Assembly: GCF_964188315.1 (NCBI RefSeq)
Contig: NC_135655.1
Location: forward strand, 78,616,001 to 78,680,000
Direction: 5' to 3'
DNA: 64,000 nt
Source of the DNA: Podarcis muralis
Lineage: Eukaryota
Below, piece by piece: positions 61,910 through 64,000 of the stretch. Positions within the stretch are counted from its first letter, which is position 1. Every line of letters starts with the position of its first letter. The position numbers and the translations under genes are program-made. The notes under the pieces are model-generated. The model was not told the DNA's origin. It did no database searches and was given only the letters and a program-made list of their open reading frames with translations.

Positions 61910-62045
61910 ATTATGTTTAGTGTGTGTAGAGTTTGGTGTCAGCGTTGTTTGTGTTGTTCACTTGTGTTCCTTTGGTGGTGAGAGAGGTTGGGGTTGGCCT
62001 AGGGTGTGATTGTTTGCTTGTGATTGGCTGTGGTGATCTTTGTTT
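61910..62045 (-). mobile_element. Older L1-type 3' UTR fragment, right part
   Basis: ggtggtgagagaggttggggttggcctagggtg aligns with ggtagtgagagaggtggaggggggcctagggca in the 27-kb copy; followed by the outer TSD. Confidence 0.75.
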
Positions 62046-63059
62046 ATTATACTAGACAATTGTATTCCGGGGGGGAGGGCATTGTACTCAAATAAAGCTT
62101 GATGTGGGATGCATATGTCACCTACTCACCCCAGGGAGGTTGAGTACTTCTTTAATACAGTATCTTACAGTTTCTCTGAAAGTGGGATGTGGGGGGGGGG
62201 GGGTTGTGTTTTTGGCAAGGGCTTATGCACAGGCATAGACATATATATCACAGGAACACCAAACATATATTTATTCTATCAAGATACAGATCTTTTTCAT
62301 AGGGACAGTTCAAGACTGGGCGCAGATACCCCCTACAATGTCTATGTGTGGTCTTTTCTTCCTCAAATCAATATCGACTCTTCTTCAGTTGCACCAGACT
62401 ATAGAGCATTTGACCAAATAGCAAGTGAAAGAGGGAGTGAGTGAGAAAGGCAGCAAATGGTCAATTCAGAAAATAAATCAAAACAATGTCAACCTCTGTA
62501 CTAGAGCTCAGCATTTAAGACTTAAATGCTAGGATAAAAGGCAGCATAGTATCACCTCATTATCAAATTGATGGGCAGCCTTTTTCTGGATGGGTGATCT
62601 GAGATAAACACAATATATCTCAAAATGACACTTTGGTGGGTGATTTTTTTTCTTTGGGCATCTCAGCTAATCAAGCATGGGACTCAAAGCTTAATGACAC
62701 TTGTTAATTTGGGCCCAGCAAAATGGGAATTTAGTTTTGAAAGAGGCTGGTTCCAAGTCTGAATTATTCTTACCAAAGGCAGCTGAGGCAGGAAGGGGCA
62801 TTACCACCTATTAGGAGAGGGTGTTTCTTAATTGTTTACACTACTGAAGCACTGGAGCAATGTGCTTTTCTGGAATGGGATTCAGTCACAATGTTCTCAG
62901 GGCACATGGCCATAAAGAGTTTCTTAAATGCAAAACTCCCAATTACTTCAGGATGCTATTGCGATGCCTATTGCTCCCACATTTTTATAGATGAAGGAAA
63001 ATTATTTGCATTGAGTTATGATGCAACGGATTACTACTGGGAGTGTCATTAGCCTGGAA

Positions 63060-63735
63060 TCCCATTTGGGGATGTTTATCCTGAAGAAGACAAGATTTCA
63101 GGGAGATGTGACAGCTGCCTACAAGTATCTGAAGAGCTGTCATGTAGAAGATGGGCTTTTTCTATAGCTCCAGAGGGCAGTACAACTAGTGGGTGGAAAC
63201 CACAACGAAGCTCATTTCAGAGGAAGATTTGGAGAAACGTAAGAGCTGTGGTCTAAACCACAGAGCCTAGGGCTTACCGATCAGAAGGTCGGCGGTTCGA
63301 ATCCCTGTGACGGGGTGAGCTCCCGTTGCTCAGTCCCAGCTCCTGCCAACCTAGAAGTTCGAAAGCACGTCAAAGTGCAAGCAGATAAATAGGTACCACT
63401 CCGGTGGGAAGGTAAACGGCGTTTCCGTGCGCTGCTCTGGTTCGCCAGAAGCGGCTTAGTCATGCTGGCCACATGACCCGGAAGCTGTATGCCAGCTCCC
63501 TCAGCCAGTAAAGTGAGATGAGCGCCACAACCCCAGAGTCGGTCACGACTGGACCTAATGGTCAGGGGTCCCTTTACCTTTACCTTAAGAGCTGTTCATA
63601 GACATGGTGGCCTCAACTTCAAAGGAGATATTTCAGTGGAGACTGGGGTGTTGTATTTGCAAGATTGCAACACTGAGCAGGGTATATGTGTGTAGATGAC
63701 CACTAAAGGTATTTTCCAATGCATATGATTTGAAG
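63060..63735 (+). mobile_element. Decayed CR1 3' fragment interrupted by a Sauria SINE
   Basis: ggggatgtttatcctgaagaagacaagatttcagggagatgtgacagctgcctacaagtatctgaag resembles CR1 LGMFSLEKRRLRGD..AYKYLK; ends in a gatgacc...aggt...ttccaa...atgatt-like terminus. Confidence 0.75.
63250..63585 (+). mobile_element. Sauria SINE
   Basis: B box GGTTCGAATCC, (ACCTTT)n tail, 10-bp TSD taagagctgt (63240-63249 / 63586-63595). Confidence 0.95.
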
Positions 63736-64000
63736 TTTTAAACGAATACAAGAGCACAGATATTGTATCCATGGGCCCTGAAACATAACAGGCAGCGTAC
63801 TTGGCAACTTGGTTAGGTTATTATTTTTCTCCACAGACACCAGCACTGTCCTCAATCCCATAAAAAGCTTCAGGTTTCAAGAAGAGCCACAGAAGGGAAT
63901 TTCCAAGCATGCAAAGTGAACGTCATTAAATTATAGGAACTGAGGAAAGACAGGGAAAACAACTACCGTCCAAACGAACATCATCCCATGGCTCATTCCG

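Overview
Vertebrate genomic DNA from a squamate reptile; Sauria SINEs, BovB tails and lizard-type L2/L1 suggest a lacertid-like lizard (inference). The whole window lies inside one minus-strand gene, B4GALNT4. Eight coding exons (about exons 2-9, stem region plus PA14 domain) were found by hand; they have GT-AG boundaries and splice into one open frame. Exon 1 and the catalytic exons lie outside the window. The introns are packed with mobile DNA: (1) a full-length 5.9-kb L1 with intact ORF1/ORF2, a poly(A) tail and a 17-bp TSD, nested in an older L1 3' fragment that has its own 15-bp TSD; (2) an apparently complete single-ORF L2 (EN+RT, 1010 aa) headed by a 1.6-kb array of 111/112/125-bp GC-box monomers; (3) truncated L2s, CR1 and BovB tails, Sauria and Squam3-like SINEs, hAT MITEs with 8-bp TSDs and a solo LTR with a 5-bp TSD. 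The most unusual signal is in the L2. Its start codon sits in a perfect 10-bp hairpin whose arms (CCCCAGCCA / UGGCUGGGG) are the same sequences, in swapped order, as the arms of its 3'-terminal stem-loop about 3.1 kb away. The RNA could therefore switch between two local hairpins and a 5'-3' end-to-end duplex. This is an inference from sequence only. No prokaryotic features, CRISPR arrays, or rRNA/tRNA genes were seen, and most short ORFs in the track are spurious.
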